Of a stretch of DNA of 64,000 nt, positions 27,556-36,876 are shown in pieces. Under the pieces are notes generated by a model that was not told the origin of the DNA, did not search any database, and saw nothing but the letters and a program-made list of their open reading frames with translations. Numbering within the stretch: the stretch's first letter is position 1; every line of letters begins with the position of its first letter. A program made the position numbers and the translations under genes. The stretch comes from Candidatus Omnitrophota bacterium (GTDB taxonomy: Bacteria; Hinthialibacterota; Hinthialibacteria; OLB16), in contig JACKFH010000012.1 of NCBI GenBank assembly GCA_020632575.1, positions 1-64,000 of the forward strand. The letters are read 5' to 3'.

Positions 27556-29094
27556 ATGGTCTTCAGCTCAATTACGTTCCTTTTCCTATTCCTACCGGTC
27601 GTCCTGGTCCTCTATCATCTGCTGTTTTTGCCGGTGACCCTGGGTTGGCATTCGTCCTTTTGGCGGCGAGCGAGCAATTGTTTCCTACTTCTCGCCAGCC
27701 TTCTCTTTTATTTCTGGGGGGAGGATTACCTGGTTTGGATCATCGTCACCTCGACCCTGATCGATTATTTTTGCGGTCTCTTGATTGCAGGGGGACTGGG
27801 GGGTGGGGAGATCCACCGCCTGGATCCAAATCGAAAAAGGACGGCCCTTCAGAAATTTGGCCTTATCTTCTCGATCTGTTCCAACCTCGCCTTTCTTGGG
27901 TTCTTCAAGTACTTCAACTTTGGGATCTACAACTACAACCGCGCGATGGGCGCATTCGGTTTGGAGAGCCTCCAGTGGCTGGATGCCGCGTGGATCGCGC
28001 TTCCATTGGGAATCAGTTTCTACACCTTCCAATCGATGAGTTACACGATCGATGTCTACCGGGGCGAGGTGAAGGCGACGCGGAATCTGATCGACTTCGC
28101 CTGCTATGTGACCATGTTCCCCCAGCTCGTGGCCGGACCGATTGTCCGATACCGCGATGTCGCTCGAGAACTGGTTTCACGGAGAATCACTTCGGAGGAG
28201 TTCGCTTCCGGAGTCAGCCGTTTCATCATTGGGCTCGCCAAGAAAGTGCTGATTGCAAACACGGTGGCGGTCGGCGCGGATCAGGTCTTTGCTCTTCCCG
28301 ATAGCGAACTCACTTTCTCATTGGCCTGGTTCGGAGTGATTTGCTACACGCTCCAGATCTATTTCGATTTCTCCGGTTATTCCGACATGGCGATCGGCCT
28401 CGGTCGGATGTTCGGTTTCAATTACCTGGAGAATTTCAATTACCCCTACATTGCCCAATCCATTCAAGATTTCTGGCGGCGCTGGCACATCTCCCTTTCG
28501 ACCTGGTTCCGTGACTATCTGTACATCCCTTTGGGCGGCAGTCGGGGGTCGGGGGCTCGAACCTATTTCAACTTAGTCACGGTCTTCTTCCTCTGCGGGT
28601 TCTGGCACGGAGCAAGTTTCACCTTCATCGCGTGGGGGCTATATCACGGTTTTTTCCTGGTCATCGAGCGGGTCGGGCTCTTGCGGTTTCTATCCAGAAT
28701 GCCGAGAGGCGTTCGTCACGCCTACGCGGTCCTTGTGGTCATGGGGGGGTGGGTGCTCTTCCGATGCGCCGGAAAGTTCGCGCAGGCGATCGCTTTTTAT
28801 CAGGCCATGATCGGAATGGGGCGGGGAACCGGTGAGCAGTATGGACTCGACATCGTCATGACCGCCGATATTGCCCTCGCCATCCTCCTCGGGATCCTAT
28901 TTTCGGCGCCGGTTCTTCCTTACCTCCACCAATGGATTCGAGATCGAATCCACAGTTCGGGATCTGTCGGGAGAATTTTGGGTGAAGCGGGTTTTTCGAG
29001 TCTCCGAGTGATCGGTCTGGCAACGCTATTTGGATTGAGCGCGATGTGGCTTTCCGCAGGGACCCACAACCCGTTCATCTATTTCCGGTTCTGA
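27556..29094 (+). CDS. algI: MBOAT-family membrane O-acyltransferase (AlgI/DltB-like)
   Basis: 512 aa, polytopic. Conserved MBOAT His (FWRRWHISLSTWFRDYLY) and FWHGASF motifs. Confidence 0.8.
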   Translation: MVFSSITFLFLFLPVVLVLYHLLFLPVTLGWHSSFWRRASNCFLLLASLLFYFWGEDYLVWIIVTSTLIDYFCGLLIAGGLGGGEIHRLDPNRKRTALQKFGLIFSICSNLAFLGFFKYFNFGIYNYNRAMGAFGLESLQWLDAAWIALPLGISFYTFQSMSYTIDVYRGEVKATRNLIDFACYVTMFPQLVAGPIVRYRDVARELVSRRITSEEFASGVSRFIIGLAKKVLIANTVAVGADQVFALPDSELTFSLAWFGVICYTLQIYFDFSGYSDMAIGLGRMFGFNYLENFNYPYIAQSIQDFWRRWHISLSTWFRDYLYIPLGGSRGSGARTYFNLVTVFFLCGFWHGASFTFIAWGLYHGFFLVIERVGLLRFLSRMPRGVRHAYAVLVVMGGWVLFRCAGKFAQAIAFYQAMIGMGRGTGEQYGLDIVMTADIALAILLGILFSAPVLPYLHQWIRDRIHSSGSVGRILGEAGFSSLRVIGLATLFGLSAMWLSAGTHNPFIYFRF

Positions 29095-29104
29095 GGAAAC
29101 GAGC

Positions 29105-30283
29105 ATGGATCGAATAGCCCACCGGATCGAACGTTTCACACAATGGCTGATGATCATCGGCTTCATGGTTCTCCTATGGGCGCCCCTGTCGGATCAGGTT
29201 TTCGATTGGGGACCGAAGATCGACCTGGGCGAGAAACGGAACTTGGCGGGTTTCGCCTCCCTTGAGAATGTGTCTGTGGCCGAATTCCCCGACGCTTTCG
29301 AGAAGTACTATGACGACCAGTTCGGTTTGCGGTCGATGCTTGTGCGAGGCTACCGATTGATCACCAGCCGTCTCCTCGGCCTCTCGACTGAGAAAGTGCT
29401 CATCGGCGAAGACGGCTGGCTCTATTACTCGGGTCCGGTCATCGATGATTTCATGGGGCGGCGAGAGAGTCCCTACGATCACTTTGACCGTTGGAAGGAC
29501 AAACTGGAAACCTGGACCGACTGGTTTACCGAAAGGGACATGACCTACCTTTTCGTCGTTGCTCCCAACAAGGTCACCATCTATCCCGAACATCTCCCCG
29601 AACGGTACCGCAAGCGAGCGGGAAGGACTCGCATGGACCGTCTAAAAGAATACTTGGCGGAGAATTCCAGAGTCCCCCTGTTCGACCTGCGCGAACCCAT
29701 GCGTGAGGCCAAGGACCTCGGCTTGGTCTACCACCCCAACGATTCCCACTGGACCGACCTCGGCGCCTTCATCGCTTTCCAAGAAATCTGTCGGGAGATC
29801 TCATCCGCCACGGGCGTAAATATGGATTGCGGCTCGATAGAGGACTATCGATTCGTAAACCAGGTTCATGAGGGTGACCTAGGGGAAATGATCGGTTTCG
29901 GAAAGGCTTTTTCGGTCGATTCCCTCACCCTCGAACCGAAGACCCCCTTCCACCAAGCGCAATATATGGACCGCCCCGAAGGCGCCGATTGGCTCTGGCA
30001 TGGAATGCTTCTCAAGGAGAATCCCGAGAAGACTGGAAAACTCCTGGTCTTCCACGATTCCTTCACCCGGCATGGCCTCATCGACTTTCTCGGCGAGCAA
30101 TTCAATCGAAGCGTCTTCGTCTACCTCCGCCGACCCAGCTTCGAATCGGTTCGGTACATGGTCGAACGAGAAAAGCCGGATGTCGTCATCGAGGAAATGG
30201 CGGAGAGATTCTTGAGCCTTTGGCTTAAGGACGAGGACTTGTTCTATGAAGAGGATTCACAACCCAGAACGGAAGGGGAATAA
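29105..30283 (+). CDS. AlgJ/AlgX-like SGNH-fold O-acetyltransferase partner
   Basis: N-terminal TM anchor, then a periplasmic domain with the DSHWT motif of the AlgX/AlgJ family. Lies immediately downstream of algI, the conserved pairing. Confidence 0.6.
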   Translation: MDRIAHRIERFTQWLMIIGFMVLLWAPLSDQVFDWGPKIDLGEKRNLAGFASLENVSVAEFPDAFEKYYDDQFGLRSMLVRGYRLITSRLLGLSTEKVLIGEDGWLYYSGPVIDDFMGRRESPYDHFDRWKDKLETWTDWFTERDMTYLFVVAPNKVTIYPEHLPERYRKRAGRTRMDRLKEYLAENSRVPLFDLREPMREAKDLGLVYHPNDSHWTDLGAFIAFQEICREISSATGVNMDCGSIEDYRFVNQVHEGDLGEMIGFGKAFSVDSLTLEPKTPFHQAQYMDRPEGADWLWHGMLLKENPEKTGKLLVFHDSFTRHGLIDFLGEQFNRSVFVYLRRPSFESVRYMVEREKPDVVIEEMAERFLSLWLKDEDLFYEEDSQPRTEGE

Positions 30284-30299
30284 AGACCGGAAAAAGCCA

Positions 30300-30391
30300 T
30301 GGCGGAGGAGGGGGGATTCGAACCCCCGGTAGAGTTTTACCCCTACGACGGTTTAGCAAACCGCTGCCTTCAGCCACTCGGCCACCCCTCC
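30300..30391 (-). tRNA. tRNA-Ser (anticodon GCU), type II with long variable arm
   Basis: Reverse complement gives GGAGGGG...GGTTCGAATCCCCC...CTCCTCCGCCA. The anticodon loop TTGCTAA gives GCT. 3-bp D-stem, long variable arm, encoded CCA, 92 nt. Confidence 0.8.
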
Positions 30392-30610
30392 GCTGGGGTT
30401 TTGGAATATTCCAGCAATCCATTCCAATTGTCAATCATTTCACCAGAAACCTCCGATTCTAGCTGGATTATGGGGCCGAAAGAAAATTTCAGGGCCGGGA
30501 TTGAAAAATCTGTTTATTTTGAATAGTCTTGTTTTGGGGTTGGATGCCCTCGCCCGTCAATTTCCCCGGACTGCTCGCCGATTCATATCCATGGGTGGCG
30601 AAGGGGCATC

Positions 30611-30826
30611 ATGACACTGACTCAATTTGTGGTTGGGATTCTATTCGGGATCGTTCCTCTCCTGCTGGGGATGAAAATCAGAGACAATCCGGAATTGGTG
30701 GAGGAAATCGGCGCTTTCGGTTCATCCGGAAATTGGTCCGAATCCCATTCCAAACTACTGGCTTGGTTCCTGATCATGGTCGGGATTTTTGACCTCGTGC
30801 TCTTTTTCATCGATATGTCGGCTTAA
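30611..30826 (+). CDS. Hypothetical small membrane protein (71 aa)
   Basis: AAGGGG about 5 nt upstream of the ATG. Two predicted TM helices. No homology call possible. Confidence 0.3.
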   Translation: MTLTQFVVGILFGIVPLLLGMKIRDNPELVEEIGAFGSSGNWSESHSKLLAWFLIMVGIFDLVLFFIDMSA

Positions 30827-30887
30827 GCCCTAGACACAATCCTCCCATTCGTCCAACCATTAGACCTCGATTCTTGGAGGTCACACC

Positions 30888-31895
30888 ATGCTGTTCGTCC
30901 GCGTTACGATTCTCTGTTGCGTTCTCATTCTCTTCATTCCCCCATCAATCGGCGGCGGTTATCCAAAGATCAACCTCGCCATCGGTTACGAGGTCGACCC
31001 CGATTGGCCCGATCGCCCGGATGACATCAAGTGGCGTTACATGACCGGTGTGGCGGTGGACTCGCAGGACCGAGTCTGGACCCTTAATGCCATCGATCCA
31101 CCGGTGCAGGTCTATGACACCGAGGGGAATTTCATCAAATCCTGGGGGGAGGGGATGTTCAATAAACCCCACTTCATCCGGATCGACCCGAAGGGGTTTG
31201 TCTGGTGCGCCGATTATGGGAACCACACGGTTCGAAAATTCACTGAGGATGGCGAGCTGCTGCTGACTCTCGGCACGATGGACATGCCCGGCCGGGATGA
31301 GGACCACCTCAATCGCCCCACCGATGTGGCGGTCACCCCGGAGGGAGACATCTTTGTCACCGATGGGTATGGCAACAACCGGGTTGTCCACTATGACAAA
31401 GATGGAAATTTCATTAAGTCCTGGGGGGAATTGGGAATCGGCCCTGGAAATCTCAGCCAACCTCACAGTATCGCGGTCGACTCACGAGGACGCCTCTATG
31501 TCGGCGAACGGAACAACTGCCGCATCCAAATTTTTAATCAGGAGGGTGAATCGCTCGAGCAATGGCGCGATCTGATCAACCCCTGGGGGATTTGGATCAC
31601 GCCCAAAGATGAAATCTATGTCTGCGGGTCCTCGCCCGCGCGATGGACCGAGAAATGGAGCAATCTCGGAAACCCACCCACGAACCAACTCCTCCTGCGC
31701 CTCGATACCGAGGGGGTTGTCCAACAGATCTGGACCTTCCCGTTGGCCAAGGAGGGGGAACTCATCCCGGGAACGCTCGATTGGGCCCATGGCCTCGCGG
31801 TTGATTCCAAGGGCAACCTCTATATTGGGGACGTGGCCGACAACAGCCCGACTCACCGCGTGCAAAAGTTTGTCCGACTGGCCCCGGAAGATTGA
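30888..31895 (+). CDS. Secreted NHL-repeat beta-propeller protein
   Basis: Signal peptide, then repeated NHL-type motifs (FVWCADYGNHTVRKF, IFVTDGYGNNRVVHY, LYVGERNNCRIQIF, LYIGDVADNSPTHRVQKF). Confidence 0.65.
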   Translation: MLFVRVTILCCVLILFIPPSIGGGYPKINLAIGYEVDPDWPDRPDDIKWRYMTGVAVDSQDRVWTLNAIDPPVQVYDTEGNFIKSWGEGMFNKPHFIRIDPKGFVWCADYGNHTVRKFTEDGELLLTLGTMDMPGRDEDHLNRPTDVAVTPEGDIFVTDGYGNNRVVHYDKDGNFIKSWGELGIGPGNLSQPHSIAVDSRGRLYVGERNNCRIQIFNQEGESLEQWRDLINPWGIWITPKDEIYVCGSSPARWTEKWSNLGNPPTNQLLLRLDTEGVVQQIWTFPLAKEGELIPGTLDWAHGLAVDSKGNLYIGDVADNSPTHRVQKFVRLAPED

Positions 31896-31963
31896 TTCAG
31901 AAATGCCTACGCGATAATCACACTTTGTTTTTTTGATCCCGTTGCGGTTATCCGGTCTCGCTC

Positions 31964-32026
31964 GTGGGAGCGGCATCTTGCCGCGAATGAAAGACCCGCG
32001 ATTCGGGGCAGGGATGCCCCTCCCAC
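31964..32026. repeat. Palindromic intergenic repeat, family 1 (copy 2)
   Basis: GTGGGAGCGGCATCTTGCC...GGCAGGGATGCCCCTCCCAC. The 3' arm and core are identical to copy 1. The 5' arm carries two changes. Confidence 0.7.
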
Positions 32027-32073
32027 GGCACAAACGACACGCAAGAAATTAGACTTCAAAATTCACGAATCCT

Positions 32074-33501
32074 TCAGGCGCCCCGATCCACATCCGCCTG
32101 CACAAGATCCGGAAGGAGATCGATCTGCTCGACATCCTGGATCTCCACATCCGTGTCGATCGACAGATCCCGAAACCGACGGGTGCTGACCAGGACTCGT
32201 TTCTCCAGGGTCGAGAGCGAACGGTTGTAGGATTGAGTCGCCTTCCGAAGGTTGTGGCCGAGGTCTTCAAAGTGTTCGGCGAGACCGGCCACACGGTCAT
32301 GAAGTTCTTTCCCTAGTTTGGCGATCTCCCTTGAATTGGCCGCCACCTTCTCTTGCTGCCAGCCATAGGCCACCGCCTTGAGGAGGGCGATCAGGGTGGT
32401 GGGGCTCGCTAGGATCACCCGATTGCGCGCTCCTTCCTCGATCAACGACGCCTCAGCATGAAGGGCCGCGCTGAAGTAGACCTCCCCCGGGAGAAACAGC
32501 ACCACGAAATCGGGAGTGAATTCGAATTGTTTCCAATACTCCTTCATGGAGAGTTGACGAATATGGGAACGAACCTGTTGCGCGTGCTGGGCCAGGTAAA
32601 TATCCCGCTGTTCCGAGGAATCGGTCTCGACCGCGTTGAGGTAAGCGTCGAGCGAGACTTTTGAGTCGACAACAATCTTCTTGCCGCCCGGGAGGTTGAC
32701 AATGAGATCGGGACGGAGAACTCCGCCCTCCTCGTTTTGGGTGGAGACCTGTTCTTGGAAATCGCAGTACTCGCTCATCCCCGCGAGCTCGACAACGTTC
32801 CGTAGTTGAATTTCACCCCATTGTCCGCGCGCCTGCGGGCGACGCAAAGCGTTCACCAGTTTCGAGGTTTCCGTTCGGAGGTTTTCCTGAGTGAGGGTCA
32901 GGGACTTCAGTTGCTCGGTGATGGATCCATAGTCGTGGTTCCGGCCCTTTTCCATCTCCTCAATTTTCTTGTCAAATTTTTCAAAGGTTTCCTTAACCGG
33001 AGCGAGAAGACCGGCCACCGCCTCCTTGCGTTGATCGAGGTCGCTCTTGGCCTCTTTCTGATAGTTCTCCAGTTGCGCCTTTGCCAGCTCGAGGAAGGAG
33101 GAGTTGGATTTCTTCAACGCCTCGGCGGCTAAGTTCTCGAAGGTCTCTTTCATCTTTTGAGTCCCCTGCTCGAGGATCGCCAGTTTCTCTTCGGTGGATT
33201 TCCGCTCCTGGTCCAGAGTGGTCTCCAGCTCGGCCAGTTTTCGATCCCTTTCCGAGAGTTCCTTGCGGTTCAACTCCAAAGTCTCGGAAAGAGAATCTTT
33301 GTCCTTGTCGGTTTTCCGTAGACGGTCCTCCAATTGGAAGAGCTGGTCGGCTAGGACCGCTCGCTCGGACTCGGAGGCGGTCATCTCCTCCTGAACGGCT
33401 TTTTCGATTTTGGACTGATAGACTAAGCGTGCGGCGAAATAGGCGACACCGACCCCAAAAGCTAGGCCGATGGCGAGTGATAGGATCGCTTCCATCCCCA
33501 T
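32074..33501 (-). CDS. rmuC: DNA recombination protein RmuC
   Basis: Internal Met at 33501 has an AGAGGGGGAG SD sequence 6 nt upstream. N-terminal TM, a long coiled-coil and the conserved RmuC C-terminal nuclease-like domain. Confidence 0.8.
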   Translation of the reverse strand: MGMEAILSLAIGLAFGVGVAYFAARLVYQSKIEKAVQEEMTASESERAVLADQLFQLEDRLRKTDKDKDSLSETLELNRKELSERDRKLAELETTLDQERKSTEEKLAILEQGTQKMKETFENLAAEALKKSNSSFLELAKAQLENYQKEAKSDLDQRKEAVAGLLAPVKETFEKFDKKIEEMEKGRNHDYGSITEQLKSLTLTQENLRTETSKLVNALRRPQARGQWGEIQLRNVVELAGMSEYCDFQEQVSTQNEEGGVLRPDLIVNLPGGKKIVVDSKVSLDAYLNAVETDSSEQRDIYLAQHAQQVRSHIRQLSMKEYWKQFEFTPDFVVLFLPGEVYFSAALHAEASLIEEGARNRVILASPTTLIALLKAVAYGWQQEKVAANSREIAKLGKELHDRVAGLAEHFEDLGHNLRKATQSYNRSLSTLEKRVLVSTRRFRDLSIDTDVEIQDVEQIDLLPDLVQADVDRGA

Positions 33502-33598
33502 GATGTTCTCCCCCTCTTTTTCAATCAACTCTTCTTCGGCCCGGTGGTTCGGTCTCGGCCCTTTCCGAGACTACTCCCATTCCGCACCGATCGCTCGG

Positions 33599-34015
33599 CT
33601 AAGTGACCACCCCTATGGTCAACAAGATATTAGCATAAAGCCGTTGGTCTCCGGTGGCAACCGCCAAACAGGTGTTCGGTGAGGAGGCGGCCTCATAGAA
33701 GGCGAATCGCTCCAACCGGTCGAGTTGGGCTTGGTCTCCTAAGAGATCCTGGAATTCCTTGAAGATCGGCGCGTCTTTCCCATCCGCCGGTTGCATCACC
33801 TCCGCCGCCTCGACGTTGATAGCCGATAGAATTGCCTCGAGGACTTCGGTCACCAGAACTTTCCCCGGGGAGAGGTTCAGGTAGACCAATTCGGCGTTGT
33901 CCCCCGCCTTGGTTCCATGCGGGAAGTTGCCGTCGGCGATGAGAATTTTGGATCCGTGACCGGAACCAGCCAGAGCGGCGAGGATGTCGGGATGAATGAG
34001 TTGTCCTTTCAGCAT
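33599..34015 (-). CDS. RbsD/FucU family sugar mutarotase (D-ribose pyranase / L-fucose mutarotase)
   Basis: Internal Met at 34015 gives MLKGQLIHPDILAALAGSGHGSKILIADGNFP, the canonical RbsD/FucU N-terminus. 138 aa. Confidence 0.7.
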   Translation of the reverse strand: MLKGQLIHPDILAALAGSGHGSKILIADGNFPHGTKAGDNAELVYLNLSPGKVLVTEVLEAILSAINVEAAEVMQPADGKDAPIFKEFQDLLGDQAQLDRLERFAFYEAASSPNTCLAVATGDQRLYANILLTIGVVT

Positions 34016-34371
34016 GGCCTTTAATGTCCTCCGATACCGCGGATATGAGCGGATTTTGGGTGAAGATGCCACTCTTACGGAAACCTTCCTAGAGGGGTGT
34101 CTCAAGGGGGTTGGCTTTTCAGGCCAAGGAAAACCCGGCATACTATAGTCAAGGGAATGGCCTCCTCGCCGATCCTAGTAATAGGTTTCGTTTAGGATTG
34201 TGAGTTGGGGTCCGAAGGAGGAATGTTCTTCGGAGGAAGGCTGCGTACTTTTTTTCAATTCCCGGAGGGGAAGAGGCGAGGATTGGTCGTTTTCCCACGG
34301 TGTCACCAAGCCTGGTTCTCGCTCCCCTCATTGACGATTCAACAATCCTAGATGCCAAGGAGTATTCTGAT

Positions 34372-36876
34372 ATGAATTTGGACCGATTGACCGAACGCGC
34401 CCGACAGGTGATGCGTCGAGCCAAGGAGGAGGCCGCTCGCCTCGGCAGCAGTCACGCCTCCACTGAGCATATCCTCCTCGGCCTCATCGCCGAGAATGAT
34501 AGTGTCGCGGTCACCGCCCTACGAAATTTGGGCGTCGATCTGGCGGTGCTCAGGAAAAAAACCATCGCGCAAATCCAAAACGCGACTTACTACTTGGAAA
34601 AGGATGCCACCCAACTTTCCCCAAGCGGGAAACGGGCCATCCAGTTCGCTCATCAGGAGGCTCAAAGCCTCGGGGTGAATTTTATTGGCACCGAGCACCT
34701 CCTTCTGGGAGTTATCCGAGAAAGCGAAGGGATCGCTGCTCGGGTTCTACTCTCACAAGGTGTCGACCTGGTGAAAGCCCGCGCCGAAATCCTGCGGTTG
34801 ATGGGGATGGGTGGAGGTGGAGGCCCTGCTGGACAGGAGCCCACCGCCCAACCAGGTCCGGGTGGGAAAAAGAAATCCAAGACCCCCGCTCTCGATGCTT
34901 TCGGGACGGATCTGACAGAACTTGCACGGCTCAACAAACTCGACCCCGTCATCGGGCGAGTCGATGAGGTGGAGCGAGTCATTCAGGTTCTCTGCCGGAG
35001 AACTAAAAATAACCCGGTCCTGATTGGCGAAGCCGGCGTCGGCAAGACCGCCATCGCCGAGGGGCTGGCCCAAAAAATCGTCAACAAGCAGGTCCCGGAT
35101 CTGCTTGCCGACAAACGGTTGATCACTCTCGATCTCGCGGCACTGGTCGCAGGCACCAAATACCGTGGCCAATTCGAGGAACGTCTCAAAGCGGTCCTCG
35201 AGGAGATGCGTCGTAGCGACAATATCCTCCTTTTCGTCGATGAGCTCCACACCCTAGTGGGTGCCGGTGCGGCGGAAGGTTCGATGGACGCCTCCAACAT
35301 GCTCAAACCCGCGCTTGCGCGCGGCGAGTTGCAGTGCATCGGCGCCACGACTCTCGAGGAGTATCGAAAATACATCGAGAAGGACAGCGCCCTCGAGCGC
35401 CGTTTCCAGAACATCATTGTGGATCCACCGTCGGTCGAGCAGACGGTCGAAATTCTCAAGGGTCTTCGCGACAAGTACGAGAGCCACCACCAGGTGCATT
35501 TCACCGATGTCGCTCTCAAAGCCGCGTCTGAACTCTCGGATCGCTACATCAGCGACCGTTTTCTCCCCGACAAAGCGATCGACCTTATCGATGAGGCCGG
35601 GGCGCGCGCGCACCTGAAAGCGACCACCCGTCCGAAGGAACTCAAGGAACTGGATGACCGGATTGAACAACTCAACCAGGAAATCGAGTCCGCCACTCAA
35701 ACCGAAGAGTTCGAGAAATGCATGGACCTCAAACAGCTCCGTGACGAGCTCAAAAAAGAGGTTGAGGATAAGACGCGTGAATGGGAGGACCGCCGTTCCC
35801 GGTTGGAGAACCGGTCGAGCGTCGATGAAGAGGATATCGCATTCCTCGTTTCCAAATGGACAGGGATTCCATTGGTCCGTCTCGAGGAGAGCGAAACCGA
35901 ACGTCTCCTTAAGATGGGAGAGGAACTTCACAAGCGCATTGTCGCGCAGGAGCCCGCGATCGACACCATCACTCGCGCCATCCGTCGCTCACGAGCCGGT
36001 CTGGGCGAACGGAAACGACCCATTGGTTCGTTTATTTTCCTCGGACCCACTGGCGTCGGTAAATCGGAGTTGGCCAAGGCGCTCGCCGAGTATCTCTTCG
36101 GCGATGAGGAGGCCCTGATCAACATCGACATGTCCGAGTACATGGAAAAATTCGCGGTCTCGCGCTTGGTCGGAGCGCCTCCCGGCTACATCGGTCACGA
36201 TGAGGGCGGACAACTCACCGAAAAGGTGCGCCGTCGCCCCTACTGCGTGGTCCTGCTGGATGAAATCGAGAAGGCTCACCCGGATGTCTACAACATCCTG
36301 CTCCAGGTTCTAGAGGAAGGACGTCTGACCGACACCACCGGACGGACCGTCGACTTCTGCAACACGGTTCTCATCATGACCTCCAACCTTGGGACCGAGG
36401 ACATCACGAAGAACACCGGACTCGGGTTCGCGGCCGCCAATCAGTCCATGGATATCGAAAGCATCCGTGAGCGACTGATGAGCGAGCTCAAGAGAAGTTT
36501 CAAACCGGAATTTCTCAATCGTGTCGATGACATCGTGGTCTTCCATCCTCTTGAACGGGAACACACCCGCGAGATTCTCGATATCTTCCTCGAGGATCTC
36601 CAGACCCGGTTCCGAGGTGGCAAGACCAAACTCGAACTTACACCCGGCGCGAAAGACTTCCTGCTCGAAAAAGGGTTCGATCAGGTGTATGGCGCCCGAC
36701 CGCTGAAGCGGATTCTCCAGAAGCATCTCGAGGATCCATTGGCGGATGAGGTCCTCAAGGGCAAAATCCTGGAGGGGGCGAAGATCAAGGTCGACCTTTC
36801 GGATACTGAAACTCTGACCTTTGAGATCGAAAAGGGCGAAAAGGCGGAGAAAGAAGTCGCCGCCGAAGTCAATTGA
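34372..36876 (+). CDS. clpC: ATP-dependent Clp protease ATP-binding subunit ClpC (class III Hsp100)
   Basis: Met at 34372 is preceded by AAGGAG. Two Clp_N repeats, AAA1 (GEAGVGKT), a short UVR-like linker, AAA2 (GPTGVGKS) and the C-terminal ClpB_D2-small domain. Confidence 0.85.
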   Translation: MNLDRLTERARQVMRRAKEEAARLGSSHASTEHILLGLIAENDSVAVTALRNLGVDLAVLRKKTIAQIQNATYYLEKDATQLSPSGKRAIQFAHQEAQSLGVNFIGTEHLLLGVIRESEGIAARVLLSQGVDLVKARAEILRLMGMGGGGGPAGQEPTAQPGPGGKKKSKTPALDAFGTDLTELARLNKLDPVIGRVDEVERVIQVLCRRTKNNPVLIGEAGVGKTAIAEGLAQKIVNKQVPDLLADKRLITLDLAALVAGTKYRGQFEERLKAVLEEMRRSDNILLFVDELHTLVGAGAAEGSMDASNMLKPALARGELQCIGATTLEEYRKYIEKDSALERRFQNIIVDPPSVEQTVEILKGLRDKYESHHQVHFTDVALKAASELSDRYISDRFLPDKAIDLIDEAGARAHLKATTRPKELKELDDRIEQLNQEIESATQTEEFEKCMDLKQLRDELKKEVEDKTREWEDRRSRLENRSSVDEEDIAFLVSKWTGIPLVRLEESETERLLKMGEELHKRIVAQEPAIDTITRAIRRSRAGLGERKRPIGSFIFLGPTGVGKSELAKALAEYLFGDEEALINIDMSEYMEKFAVSRLVGAPPGYIGHDEGGQLTEKVRRRPYCVVLLDEIEKAHPDVYNILLQVLEEGRLTDTTGRTVDFCNTVLIMTSNLGTEDITKNTGLGFAAANQSMDIESIRERLMSELKRSFKPEFLNRVDDIVVFHPLEREHTREILDIFLEDLQTRFRGGKTKLELTPGAKDFLLEKGFDQVYGARPLKRILQKHLEDPLADEVLKGKILEGAKIKVDLSDTETLTFEIEKGEKAEKEVAAEVN

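Noticed and set aside
30299-30526. 75-aa ORF overlapping the tRNA-Ser gene
   Set aside because: Reads through a tRNA on the opposite strand. No RBS. Spurious.
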